From Hydrolagus affinis (Eukaryota), in assembly GCA_012026655.1 (NCBI GenBank), contig JAAILG010000916.1, positions 1 to 64,000 of the forward strand: a DNA stretch of 64,000 nucleotides. The letters run 5' to 3'. A model generated the notes under the pieces. The model saw nothing but the letters and a program-made list of their open reading frames with translations. It made no database searches and was not told where the DNA came from. Within the stretch, counting starts at the first letter, position 1; the number at the start of each line of letters is the position of its first letter. The position numbers were made by a program, and so were the translations under genes. Shown one piece after another: positions 11,901 to 24,320 of the stretch.

Positions 11901-13499
11901 TAATTCATAATGATAGAAGCCAATATTTTTGATAATCATGGCTGAGAGAATAATAGGTGTGGTTGAATGTATTGCATCAAAGTTAAAAGTAACTGAAGCA
12001 ATATCCATTAAGCCAGTTTATGGTTGGTTGTTAAAGTAATACTTTGAATCTGATTATTTGAAATTTGAAAATGTTAACGTGAGTACTGTATATTATCAGC
12101 TATATGAAATGACAATGTCAATACTCTAGTACAGATATAAACGACACAAACACTTAAAAGTAACAGTGTTATTGAAGGGTATCAGTCTTATTTGAAATTG
12201 AAAGGGTTAAATGTCATAGGCTAACTCCACCCTGCAAGATTTAAATGGCTCCTTTGTTGGCATGTGATTATCTGTGCTGGTTTTTCCAGCTAGGCTACAA
12301 ATAACATACAATTGGGAATGTATCCCTGTGTTAATAAAAATAAACACCCTGCAATTGGTAAACACTGCTTGCCAATCTTCATAAAGCTTTAGTGTTTGCT
12401 TTGATCATTTGGAAACAAGTTGCACAAATAGAATTTATCAATTAACGTGTTAATAGAATATAATAGATAGAACTTTACAGCATGGAAACAGACCATTCAG
12501 CCAACTAGACCATGCTGATGTTGATTGTCCACATGAATCTCCTCCTAATCCTCTCTCCATACCCCTTTATTCCATTCTCCGTCATGCATGAATAATGTAA
12601 TGCTCAAATCTGGACGTTTGGACTGAACTATCCAGGCTTTACTGAGTGTTTTGTTTGCCATGATTCCATTGATAGTTTTAATATTTTTTTTAAAAAAAAT
12701 TCTCTAAAATCACATGGATTTTTTTGCGTTAACCAACAACTGGTTGGATTCCATCATTATCTTTTAATACCAATTCTCATCATGTTCTTAACTGGGTAAA
12801 TTCCAATCAACACAAATAAAGCTACAAAAATATTTATTAATATTAGGTCAGGTATTCTTGTTAATTAAACATCTTTGAACTTTGAAACATTTCCTTAGCT
12901 ATGTCCGCTCTCATGTAAACTATTTGAAGATATGAAGAGAGAAAAATAAATTTAGCAAAAACATACAATTATAAATTGCATTTCAAATAGGTAAAGTCTT
13001 CAGGGAAGGTACAAAAGGGGGGGGGTTGAAGAGAAGTGAATGAGGGCATAGTGAGAGGTAGGTTTTCAGGCTTTTAAAAACTATTAAAATTGGGAATAAG
13101 CAGATGGATTTGGGGAGAAAGTTCCAGAGAAGAACGAGCAGTGTGGCTGAAGACTTTGGAGTCAATGGGAAGGGACAAAGGATTTAAACTAGCCCAACAA
13201 AGGGGATAGTAAGAGATTGAAGCTGGTCGTTCACTGGACACAGAGGTTGTGGGGAGGGTGAAGACATGTATGCATTGTTAAATGAGAGTGAGATCTTAAA
13301 ATCGTTCAGTGGAAAGCCTCTGGAAAGCAAGAAGTAATGTCAGTGCTGGTTTTATAATTAGGAATATAAAGGAGAAATCTAAACATTGAAACTTTTTGTT
13401 GGGGTTCTACAATTTTGGGGGGCACATATCGGGAATTGATGCTGTGAGTGGGTAAACAAGTTGAGAGGCGTCTGTCTGTTTCTGTCGTTAGTATTCTCG

Positions 13500-14820
13500 C
13501 CTGAGTCAGAAAGTTGTGAAGGCCAGGCTCCTCTTCTCCACCACTAACCAACACCCCTGTCTACCTTCCCACACCTCGCCCAGCCTCTCCTCCAATTCTA
13601 ACTGAGGAGATACTGGGCTTCCTCAAATGCAACATCAAGGGGATCCATTTAGCTATCTCTACCTCGTCCACCACTACCTCCTCATCATGTTCCCAAAGAC
13701 CAACCCTCCCCCAACCCCCTCTATACACCTTTGACCCTATCCCTCCTCCCTCACCTCCATCATCTCTAAAATGTAGCCCACCATCTGCTGTCTCGACCCC
13801 ATCCCCACCTTCTAGCTCCACCTCCTGGCTCCTTTCCTAACCGATATCATCCACTGGCCCTGTTCCCCTATAAACTGGTTTAATTTCCCCCATTGTGAAA
13901 AAATTTCCCTGCCTGGACACATCCCTACTCTCCATCTACTACATCTCCAACCTCCTATTTCTCTCCAAGACCCTAGAATGAGTTATCACGCCTCAGCATT
14001 GCTCTTTCCTTTCTTGCCATTCCCTCTTTGATCCCCTCCAATCTGGTTTCTGTGCTGCCCACAGCATGGAAACAGTCCTGGTCAAAGTCTGTAATGACAT
14101 TTAGAATATCTGCGACCAGGGCTGTCTCTGTGCCTCCTTGTGCCTTTGACACCTTTCACCACACCATCCTCCTACAAGGCCTCTCCTTTCAGCTCAATCT
14201 TCGCAGACCTGCCCTTGCCTGGTTCGAATCTTACCTCTCCCACCATCTCCACTTTGTTGCCACTAATGGCTTCTCCTCCAGTCCCCACACAGTCACATGT
14301 GGCGTCCCTCAGCGCTCTGACCTTGGCCCTCTTCAACATTTATATGCTCTCCCTTGGTGACATCATCTGCAGACACAAGGTCAACTTCCATATGAATGTG
14401 GATGACACCCAACTTCATCGCGCTACCACTTGATTCCAGGACTGCTGCTGTCCTGACAGACATCAAGTCCTGGATGAGAGCTAACTTTCTCCAGCTGAAT
14501 GTCAACAAGAATGAAGTTGTCCTGCTTGACTTGTACCAGCACCTTCACAACTCAGGCACTGGCAGCAACAACCTCCACAGATGCAAAATCCAGTTCACTA
14601 AGCCAGTCAGGATCCTAGTTGTCTTGTTCCATCCTCAACTGTCTTTTGTCCCCCACATCTGTGCTATAACCCGCTTTGCCTTCCCTCACCTCTGCATCAT
14701 TGCCCAACTCCGCCACTACCTCACCCCTCAGTCCACTGAAACTCCCATTCATGCATCCATTAAGTCCAAGCACACCTATGCTAACAGCCTGCTTTGTCGA
14801 CCTCCCGAATTCCTGCCTAA
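13500..14820 (+). mobile_element. Degenerate L2 LINE ORF2 (reverse transcriptase region)
   Basis: Broken frames contain AFDTFHHTILL, WFESYLS, CGVPQRSDLGP, FHMNVDDTQL (YADD-like motif) and WMRANFLQLNVNK. Confidence 0.85.
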
Positions 14821-16434
14821 ATTATGTTTAATGTGTTCTCAGACATGAGATTCCATGTCATCATGTCATCAGTTGTCATGTATTGAATGTAATTAAATAT
14901 ATATATAGATCCAGAGTTGATCTGGATTATTTATGGAAATATTGTCATGCTTGACGCACAGGATTTCAAATAGTTTATCATTACAAATTACTGATTTGTC
15001 TTGGACGTTTCTGGATTTCATTACTGTAGATAATGTTATCTTAACTTTCAGAAATTCTTTTCAGTTACTTGTGGATAGTGAAAGTTTCTGGAGTCATTGA
15101 GGAAATTGTAAATTAGATAATGAATGGAATAGATAACAGATATCAAATTTGGTTATCAGTGGAGTGCTTCTAATTTAGCAATTGACAGGATTTGTCCTGG
15201 GACCCAGGCCATTCATAATATGTATCCGTTATCCTAAGAGTATATTACATTTAAATACTGTATATTATTTAAAAAAATTTCACAATTGAATGAAAATTTA
15301 GACCTTGCAAACAAAATGTTTTTAAAATACTTATTTATCAACAATTTTCAAATGGTGCCCACAACAATCATTATTGGTAAGGATGTATAAAAGAACACCA
15401 ATAAGACTTAATGCCTTTTGAGGTTGCTCAGAATTAGAATGCTGAACAGAAATAAAATTTCATTCTTAAGATGTGGGTTAGATTGAAATTTATGCTATTG
15501 AATTGAAAACCAGCTTGGAAACTCTAAAAATAGGGCAATTAAAACTAAAAAAAGTTAAATGAACGAGCCCTAAGGTCAAATGATTTGCCATTACTGTTAA
15601 ATCTCTGAACTATAGGAGCCCTCAGTGCCAGGCGCTTCTATACAGTCTTTCATCAGACTAAAGCTAGCATTAATAAAGGGAGTGTGCCTGTGTACATTTT
15701 GCTAGTCATATGAAAGCCCTATTGTTAGTCTTCTTGTAATTTTCTATCAAGTTGCTTTTTTGAGACAGATAAATATTTTTGACAATCTCTTTCTTAGTCT
15801 TTAACCTCCACTTCTGAAAGCCTTTTCCAAATTGCACAGAGCTTGACACAGATCCATAATTAAGCACGTTTTTCACACACAATTCTTGATTTACAATTGG
15901 AGCAGTTTCTGTTCATGGATTATTCTCATGTTTTTCAAGTGAGGTCGCTAGTAATCTTTTTTAAAAAAAAAATTAGGCTTCTTCTCCAAATCAGTTTGTT
16001 TCATTTGTTTTATTTATCTCAGTTGTATCCTAACAAGAACCTGAAAAGTATATTAAACTTAAATTGAAGTGTCATGGTGAGACAGGGGATGATGAGGAAT
16101 GGTGAAGATAGAAAGGAGGACTGGATGAATTTTTTTTAAAAAGCATTACTTTCTTGAATGCACATTTTTCTGTGTACCAGGAGCTGTCAGGCTAATTCCT
16201 CTGGCTACCCCACATGAGATCAACTCACTTAGCACTGTCTACATTGAGAAGTTTTTAATTAAAATCAAGGTTATATACGTTTGTTGGGCATGACTGAGAA
16301 TAATTTTGTTTTGAAGAGTTTAATCATTCATGATGGAATTTAAAACAATGGATAACCAGTGTGTTTACCCAACAACCTTAGATGTGTATTTTCGGGGGAA
16401 TTTTTCTTTATATTACATTCTTATTAATTTACCT

Positions 16435-16623
16435 TGTAGCTGTCTATCCCGGCAGTAATAATTCCTTCCAAAAAAAATTTGGTCACGTAAACCACGACTA
16501 TTTGTGGGACACTGCTGTGCGCAATTCTTTGTCGCATTCATTCACTTTACAGAATAAAGCACAGTGAGAAGTCTAGAAGACATGAAAAGTGCTATATCAA
16601 ATGCAAGGATTATTATTATTATT
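16435..16623 (+). mobile_element. SINE 3' half
   Basis: tttgtgggacactgctgtgcgcaatt...aaatgcaaggattattatt. Confidence 0.7.
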
Positions 16624-17159
16624 GACCTAATTCATTTGAATAGATAAAATGTTAGTGTGTTGCAAAACTACCACTGTTAATCTTATCCACCAGGCATTTT
16701 GAAAGGATTAGAATTTATGTACTTGTAACAGAATGCAGAACAAAAATTTGTTGGCAGCATCACATTGATAAAGTACATTGAAGATTCAAGTCCTAGGTCA
16801 GGAGTGGTGCAGAGAACAGTGTTGTATTTGTAGAAATAAGTCTTATTTTCAGTATGTAAGTGAGCATTTAACAGACTATTCAACAACTATTTGTTTTTAT
16901 AAATGTGATTTGTGCAAAACAGTTGTCTGAAGCACTTCAAATTTCTTTCACTGCTCATTAATTATAGACAAACTGGGTTTTTGACAGGTTTTTACAACAC
17001 AGATATAAAAGCTGAAGGTTAAATATATAAATTATCTTCAATGCTTTCCTATACTTAAATGCTTCACTATCAGTGACCATGAGGAGAACTTTACGTATGA
17101 ATTTCAGGATAAGCAGTACTGCTAGGCCTTGTTCCTGTAATGTCCAAGGCTGATTTGCT

Positions 17160-17700
17160 TCTCTAAGTCAGAATGATCTTGGAGGCAAAGGACAATCCCA
17201 GTCTCCTCTTCTCCACCACAAACCAGCTCCTGGGTCCAACATTCCCATGCCTCGCCCCTCCTCTTTAACTTCAAATGTGAGGACATGATGGACTGCCCTG
17301 TCTACCACCATTCCATCTCCACCTTCCCCTCCGGCTTCCACACTTTTGACTCTGGATAAGTGCCAATTTCCTAAAGTTGAATGTCGACAAAAATTAATTC
17401 ACCTGCTTGGCTCCTGTCAGCACCTCCTCATTCATGGTGCACTTTCCAGCTCACTGAGGTAGTGCAGTTCTCTTAGTGAGCTGCCACCACCATCTGGAAC
17501 TCCATCTTGGAGCCCCTCTGCCTTGCCTCCTCACTTGTCTTCTTCAAGGTCCGTCTCAAGATTTTTCAATCGTATTTTTGGTCATCTTTCTTCCTCCATC
17601 ATCCACCCGCTCCTGATCTGAACCCGCAGCTCAGAAGCAAACCCCTTGTAGTCTGGCACCTTGGGACACCCTCCTGATGGGGAAATGCAATTTGTTGTTG
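17160..17700 (+). mobile_element. Internally deleted L2 LINE fragments ending in the L2 tail
   Basis: Shares segments with 13500-14820; ends gcaccttgggacacc...atttgttgttg. Confidence 0.6.
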
Positions 17701-18159
17701 CTTCGACAGCAAGTACTATGAAAGTCAGTATGAAATTGCACTGATCAAATTCATTAAAACCATTACCAATCTTCCACAGGAGAATTTTTTTGAAAAACTA
17801 TATTTTCAGCCACTTTGACATAAGTATGAAGGATTAAAACAATGATTTATTGATTTCTGAATGTCTTTGCTCTTCCATTCAGTAAGCACAATGCACTCTG
17901 CTGTTAAAATGTCATGATTACTGGCTTCCTACCAATTTATTTACACTGAATATATTGTGTGGTGTACTGTCTGATACAGCAATTCACTAGTTTCCACAAT
18001 TACAATGTCTAGTGTTAGGAAAGTTCTAGTCAAATATTTAACATTCCACGATCTATTCCAGGGTTATTTGGGTAAACCGTACTCAGAAACACTGCATGTA
18101 ATGGTGTTTGGCTTGCAGAAGTATCTCATTTATTAATTGTCCCAGCATCTTTCAAGTAA

Positions 18160-18980
18160 CAACTACAAGAAAATTACACTTGTATAGCGGCTTTCACATC
18201 AGGGGGACGTCCCAAGGCGCTGGACAGTTACTGCTTCAGACCTGAGCTTAGGACAGGTGGTGGAGAGGGAAGGGTGGATAAGGAGTTGCCGATGGGTCCA
18301 TCGAAGAGGAGAGTCTTGAGGCAGGACTTGAAGGAGGCCAGGGAGGGAGTGAGGCAGAGGGACTGCGGGATGAAGTTCCAGAGGTTGGGGGTTGAGTGGC
18401 TGAAGGCTCGCCCACCAATGGTGGGGCGGGTGCGGCAGGGGACGTGGAGCAAGCCAGAGACTGCTGAGTGGAGGGGACAGGCAGGTTGGTAAGGGGATAG
18501 GAGGTCACAGATGTAGGGTGGGGGGGGCGAGGTTATGGAAAGTTTAAATGTGAGGACCAGGTTCTTGAGTTGGATCCTCTGGATGATGAGGAGCCAGTGG
18601 AATCAGGCGAGGATGGGGGAGATGTGGTCGCAGAGTTTGGAACGGTGGAGGACACGGGCTGCAGAGTTCTGGATTATCTGCAGCCTGTGGAGGGAGGAAT
18701 TGGGAAGGCTGACCAGCAGAGCATTTGCATAATCGAGCCAGGATGTAATGAAAGCATGGATGAAGGTTTCAGCGGCTTTGGGGGTGAGGTAGTGGCAGAG
18801 TCAGGCAATGTTGCAGAGAAGGGGAAAGATAGAGCGGGTCATTGTTTGGACGTGGGAGAGGAAAGACAGTTGAGGGTCGAACAAGACACTTACGTTCCTG
18901 ACTGGCTTGGTGAGGTAGAGTGTGCAACCATGGAGGTATGATGTCAGCACCTGGTGAAAGAAGGTGCTGGCATGAGCCAA
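18160..18980 (-). mobile_element. L2 LINE 3' ~800 bp
   Basis: Minus ORF LHVPCRTRPTIGGRAFSHSTPNLWNFIPQSL...SFKSCLKT; L2 tail at 18160-18230. Confidence 0.85.
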
Positions 18981-19129
18981 TCAGTAAGCAAAGATTTATT
19001 CTTCTTACGTACATTTGATTTATTACCTTTTCACCCTTTAGTCAAGTGTTTTATTTCTTTAATGTAGTGATCACTGTTAATAAGGTAAAGGTGGACTATT
19101 TGCACACAGGTCTTATGTTGGCTGGTTGT

Positions 19130-19200
19130 AGTGTAACCATAACTGATCTGGCTGAGGTTGGCTGACTGAGCACAAAGCAGGGTTGAATTTGGGATTGAGT
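19130..19200 (-). mobile_element. Possible LF-SINE-like ancient fragment
   Basis: ctggctgaggttggctgactgagcacaaagcagggttgaatttggga resembles, from memory, the reverse complement of the LF-SINE head; short and diverged. Confidence 0.35.
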
Positions 19201-21376
19201 CAAAATCTGCAGCTCATCAATTTGAAGTATCAGGAAGCTTCTCTTCATGGACAGCAAGCCTTGTAGCACATTAGAAATGTGTGCAAAGAGTCCTCCTTAA
19301 TCCCCCGAGCTCCTGGGGGTATAACAGAGGGGCTTCCTCTGGCCCATTTGCAAAGTGCACAATCAAGCAAACACAGGAAGCGGCCGCAGAGACTGTGGCC
19401 CACACTGACCTGCTGCTGAGTATGCTGGAGAACGAACTGGCTTCACAGCAGGTCTATTTACCAAGGGCCCTCACAAGGGGATCTGTATCAAGCACCTAGT
19501 GCTGAGTAATCCTGGTGTACGGCATTGGATTTAGACCTTGAACATCCAGGTGGCTGGCATATCACATGCTGAAATGTAAAGTTCCTCCCACCACACTGAA
19601 GTCAGATTGTCAGGTCAGGTAGCTGATGAGGAAACTCTGAGGCTTGGGGCAACAGCTGGAAGCCTTATCTAGAATCTGAGTTCATGAACACATCATAAAT
19701 CCAATACCTGGAATCCACCTTGATTGGCCTGTAGAGAGGTAACCAACTACTGCTTGAAGCTTCGTATTCATCTGTGGAACCAACGCTCAATATGTCCAAG
19801 CTATGGACAGGAAGATAGTGGCAATGCTCCCACGTATTTTATGATGAGCTGTGTTGCCCAACGATAAGCTGGCAGTGAGTTCCTGGTACCTGCCATCCAC
19901 CTAATGAAGGCCCAAACCCACGCTTGTCGGATGTGAAATGTTAAATGACCATCTAGTGACTGTGCTGGTGGGGAGGGTAAATGGGATTTCTTTGAAGCTG
20001 AACTGGCTACAATGTTTGGCAATGGATTGTCGGAATCGAGCCCACCCTCCGTGGCAGTTTCAGAAGACCAGTTTCTGAGCCAGGTGCGTCCATGGTCTTC
20101 TAGGGCACTACAATTGATGCCAGAACACCCAGGCTGGCTCATCGTCAGGACTTGGAAAAGCAGACCAGTCACTGGGGGGAGGGACTCTTCCCACTCACTT
20201 CCTGTTAACTCTGCAAGCCAAAGCACTAATGGGTAGAGTGGTTCTAGCAGGATAAACAGTGGAAAGCTTGCCAGTGCTCTCAATAGCAAGCTACATTTTG
20301 TTTTAGCTGGATAGACTCCATTAGTACTTCAACATATAAGCTGGGATCCCTAAGCTTGGGTTCTTATCGTTGTGCGCCTAATAATTTCTGCGTTCCTCCA
20401 GAGAGAGTATTCATTCCATTCTAATAAATATCTCTAGAATTTCCATGAAGGTTGGAAGCATAGAAATCTGATTGGTTTGGATATGTTTAACCATGGTGAT
20501 CGGTTTTCGCACATGACATCTGGCTGACCAAAAAAAATTGGGAAGCATTATCTACAACTGAGGTTAAACCTATACAACAGAAGATTTCATTTACTGGTGC
20601 GATACAGATCCCAAATTTCTGCATGCAGCAGAACTAACCCATGTGCGGGCATGAAATGAGGTATTAATACATCTCTAGCAACAAATAATAACCATAATGT
20701 TTGCATTTGATATAGTGCCTTGAGCAGGTGTTGAGACATCTCGAAACACTTCACAGAATCTTATTGTAAAGTGTAGTGACTGTGCATTTTATAGGTTCAA
20801 ATTAAGTAATTTAAAAGTTATTTGTGAAGAAGGGAGAAAACCAGAATAGCATGTAGGTTTTTATTACGATATTAGGGCAGTGGTGGATGAGAAAATTCAC
20901 AGGGCTGGGCACTAAAAAGCTTAGTTTCAACAAAGGCCAAATGTCATTATTAACAATGTGGGAAGGGAGGATCATAAGAACAATACATGTATCAAAAAAG
21001 ACAAAGGAATGAAACAGGAATATTTCACATAAAGGGAAAGGTTTTTTAAAAAATATACACTAATGGGTGTGGTTTAGGATGCTCTTTGTGAGTTACTTGG
21101 GCTTGCCCAATAGTTGTATTGACAATGTTACCAAGTAACTGGAACACACTTTGTAAACCAAAAATGAAATCTATTCACACATCTGTTCCTGAATAAAGAG
21201 AAATTATTTCCCTGTATTAGAGAAAAAATAAATAATAAATAATTCCTGCATGTGATTTCACATCTTTGAACTTCCTGCGATTTCAACGCTTGTCAGGAAG
21301 TGTGCATGCAACAGGTTAAGACTCATTGAATTGCGGAAAACATAGTCTTCGTAGAATCATAGAATATTTTAGCATA

Positions 21377-21678
21377 CAGTAAAACCTCGATAATCTGACA
21401 TTCTGAAAGCCGGCAACTCTCTAAAAAGCAGCAAGATTTCAAAATACGTACACAGTATTAATTTTTTTCTGATGTCCGGCATATCTCCTGAAGTTTGGAA
21501 CAGGTGCTTGTAGTTCACGGCATTGCCACTCTGTCATCTGTGTTTGGAGCTCGACTTCAGTGCTGTGTTTACAGCTCACATAGCAGCGCTTCTTTCCCTA
21601 CCATTTCTTGGTAGGTTTCTAAATACCAGCAAACTCCAGGAGATGTGTGGACTGTGCCGGATTATCGAGGTTTTACTG
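21377..21678. mobile_element. Tigger/pogo-like MITE inserted in a CR1 3' fragment
   Basis: TIRs cagtaaaacctcgataatc and gattatcgaggttttactg; TA on both sides (21375-76, 21679-80); flanks rejoin as a CR1 tail. Confidence 0.85.
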
Positions 21679-22328
21679 TAGAAGGAGGCCACTTGGCCCA
21701 TCATGCCATTGCCAGCTGTTTGGAAGAGCTACCCAATCAGTCCCACTCCCCCGCTATTTCCCCATTCCCCAACATTTTTTTTTCCTTTTCAAGTACCTAT
21801 CTATCTAGTCTTGAAACTAACAGAGGACTTTGCAAATTAGTTAACTGGTTTAAAGATACCAGAAGATGTGGAAATGTAATTGAGACGATGCCCTGTAGAC
21901 GGTATATTTAACTCCCAACTGGATCTGGTATTGCCTACGTGGATGCTTTGATTTTTGGAATAATATATTGAGTACACAAACTAATAATAATGTAATTTTT
22001 ACAAATAATTAAAATAAAACTGAAGCTAAATTGGCCTTAAATTGATGAAGGCGAATCAGTATGTAGCGATGCAAATTCGGTTTTCAGTGAGGGGCTACTG
22101 TTCGATCTGAATAACCTCCGCAAGGGAACATTTGTTGGTGTGCACAGTTGTGTTGTTTAATTTTAGAAAAAAAACACTTATGAATAATTTTGCACAAACA
22201 CAAAGTGTAATATTTTTAGCATTTAATTTCTTGATGACTTCAAAGCCCAAGATAAATATTGAATTATCAATCATTCCATTATGGCTACATATGTTCTCGT
22301 GGTAATTTACTGTCTTTTCTTCCTACAG

Positions 22329-22551
22329 AATTCGTCCACAACTTGCTAAAGAAAAGATTGAGGGATGCCACATTTGTACCTCAGTAATACCTGGGGAACC
22401 CCAGTTGATTCTTGGAAAGGATAAAGCATTTACCTTCGACTTTGCTTTTGATATGGACACACAGCAGGATATAATCTATACACAGTGCACAGAACAGCTT
22501 ATTGATGGTTGTCTTGAGGGATACAATGCCACAGTCTTAGCATATGGTCAA
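22329..22551 (+). CDS. KIF21A: KIF21A exon 2 ([16 protein letters not shown]...[10 protein letters not shown])
   Basis: tcctacag acceptor, gtaagt donor; kinesin motor. IRPQLAKEK and AFTFD match KIF21A rather than KIF21B. Confidence 0.95.
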
Positions 22552-23290
22552 GTAAGTATCCTCCATTGTATGATAGTTCTCCCATCATATCAAATTTTGA
22601 GGTGAAAACATACAGAGGTTTCAAATATTTTTTAAAATTACCTCTTCAGACAGTGATTGGCTCCAAATGTTAGCAGTTACAGTTAATTGTCCAAAACAGC
22701 TACCGCTATTACTGTTGCATATTATGAAATACTGACTTTTACCAGCTTAAATATTTCCAGATTCATGTTGATGTGTAATAAACCAAATGCATCATAGTCT
22801 ACCATTAGTGAGAAGTGGCCCAAGTTGGGTTTTTACAGGAATGTAAAGGAATAAAATCCTTTATATTTGGAGTTTTAGCATCTTTGTGCTCACTAAATTG
22901 ATAAATGCAATTCTGTACTTTGTTATTTTGTAAGACTTTTCATCTCTTCTTATTTTCTTTACTCTTTTGAGGAATGGGAGTAATGAACACATAACTATCT
23001 ATGATAGGAAAATTATTGTAGCCACCAATCTCATCCTAACTTCCCACAGGAAGATGGAAATGCTGGGGGTGGGGGGGGACTTTTGGGGTTGGAAGAGCGG
23101 GAGACGAGATGGAAGTTAACCCGTTGTGGACCATTTTTAAATCTGTTGTAAACCTTGTTGGGAAATGGTGTTAATAGATGATTTTATTTATAAATTACAT
23201 AATTAAGACACGCAAGCAGAATAAATTGGCATTTTCTAAATGATCCATTATTTTATGTGCAGTAATTTTGCTGAATTTGTCTTCTCACAG

Positions 23291-23473
23291 ACTGGATCTG
23301 GGAAGACATACACCATGGGTACAGGATTTGATGTTAACGCTACTGATATTGATCAGGGTATCATTCCACGAGCTGTCAAACACCTTTATCTTGGGATTGA
23401 GCAACGCAAGCAAGCTGCCATTCAAAGTGGACTGCCACCGCCAGAATTTAAAGTTAATGCTCAGTTTCTTGAG
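23291..23473 (+). CDS. KIF21A: KIF21A exon 3 (P-loop [12 protein letters not shown]...NAQFLE)
   Basis: GQTGSGKT Walker A motif across the exon 2/3 junction; AG/GT ends. Confidence 0.95.
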
Positions 23474-23509
23474 GTATGATAAGTCCTGTTTGATCGTGAA
23501 CTATCCTTT

Positions 23510-24320
23510 CTCCCCACGTCCATGCCACGACTCTCTCTTCCCCCACCCCCGCCACTGCCTCACACCACTGGCCGCCGAAATACACACATTGATAATATCC
23601 AGGCTATAACCATGCAAACTCCTTACTTGTCGGCCTCCTCAGCTCCCTTTTTCCATATACTGCGGATCATCTAAAACTCTGCTACATGTTCTCTCCTCGC
23701 CTGCACCAGGCTCCATGACCCTATCATCTTACCATAACCGGGGTCCACTAGCTTCCCATCACACAGAGGATATAATTCAAGATCCTGATCTTCACCTTCA
23801 AAACCCTCCATAGACCTGTTCCCACCCCCCTACCACTGTGACCTCCTAAACCCCCTACCATTCTGCCTGCTCGCTCTGATCAGCAGGATCCAGCCTGCTT
23901 CACATCCCTGTAGCTCAGCGGTTAGAGTACTTGCCTCGCAAGCCAGAGACCTGGATCGATTCCCAACAGGACGAGACCATGGGCAAGTTTCCTTACTCCA
24001 CACCCCTAATAATGATCCCTTAAAAAAATATGTTCGTTCAATCCACGACTGTTTGTGGGACACTGCTGTGTGCAATTGGCTGCTGCGTTTCTCTCGCATA
24101 TATACAGTCAATTCATTTTACAGTATATTCTGTGAAGTAATAATATTCCTTCAAGACCCTCTTCGAGTGTGCGTTGGATCACCCTGTGTTCCCCCCCCCT
24201 CCCACCCTCCATTTTCCCCCAGCCTGACCCCCAGCTTGGTTGAAACACTAACTGTCCAGTGCCTTGGGACATCCCCCAACTTGAAAGGCGCTGTACAAAT
24301 GTAATTTTGTTGTTATTTAT
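23510..24320 (+). mobile_element. L2 3' fragment interrupted by a SINE (23905-24137)
   Basis: L2 body on both sides, L2 tail at 24250-24315; SINE head ctgtagctcagcggttagag at about 23908. Confidence 0.75.

Noticed and set aside
22040-22115. Possible C/D box snoRNA (TGATGA ... CTGA)
   Set aside because: No convincing terminal stem, no rRNA-complementary guide recognised, and about 220 nt from the 3' splice site.
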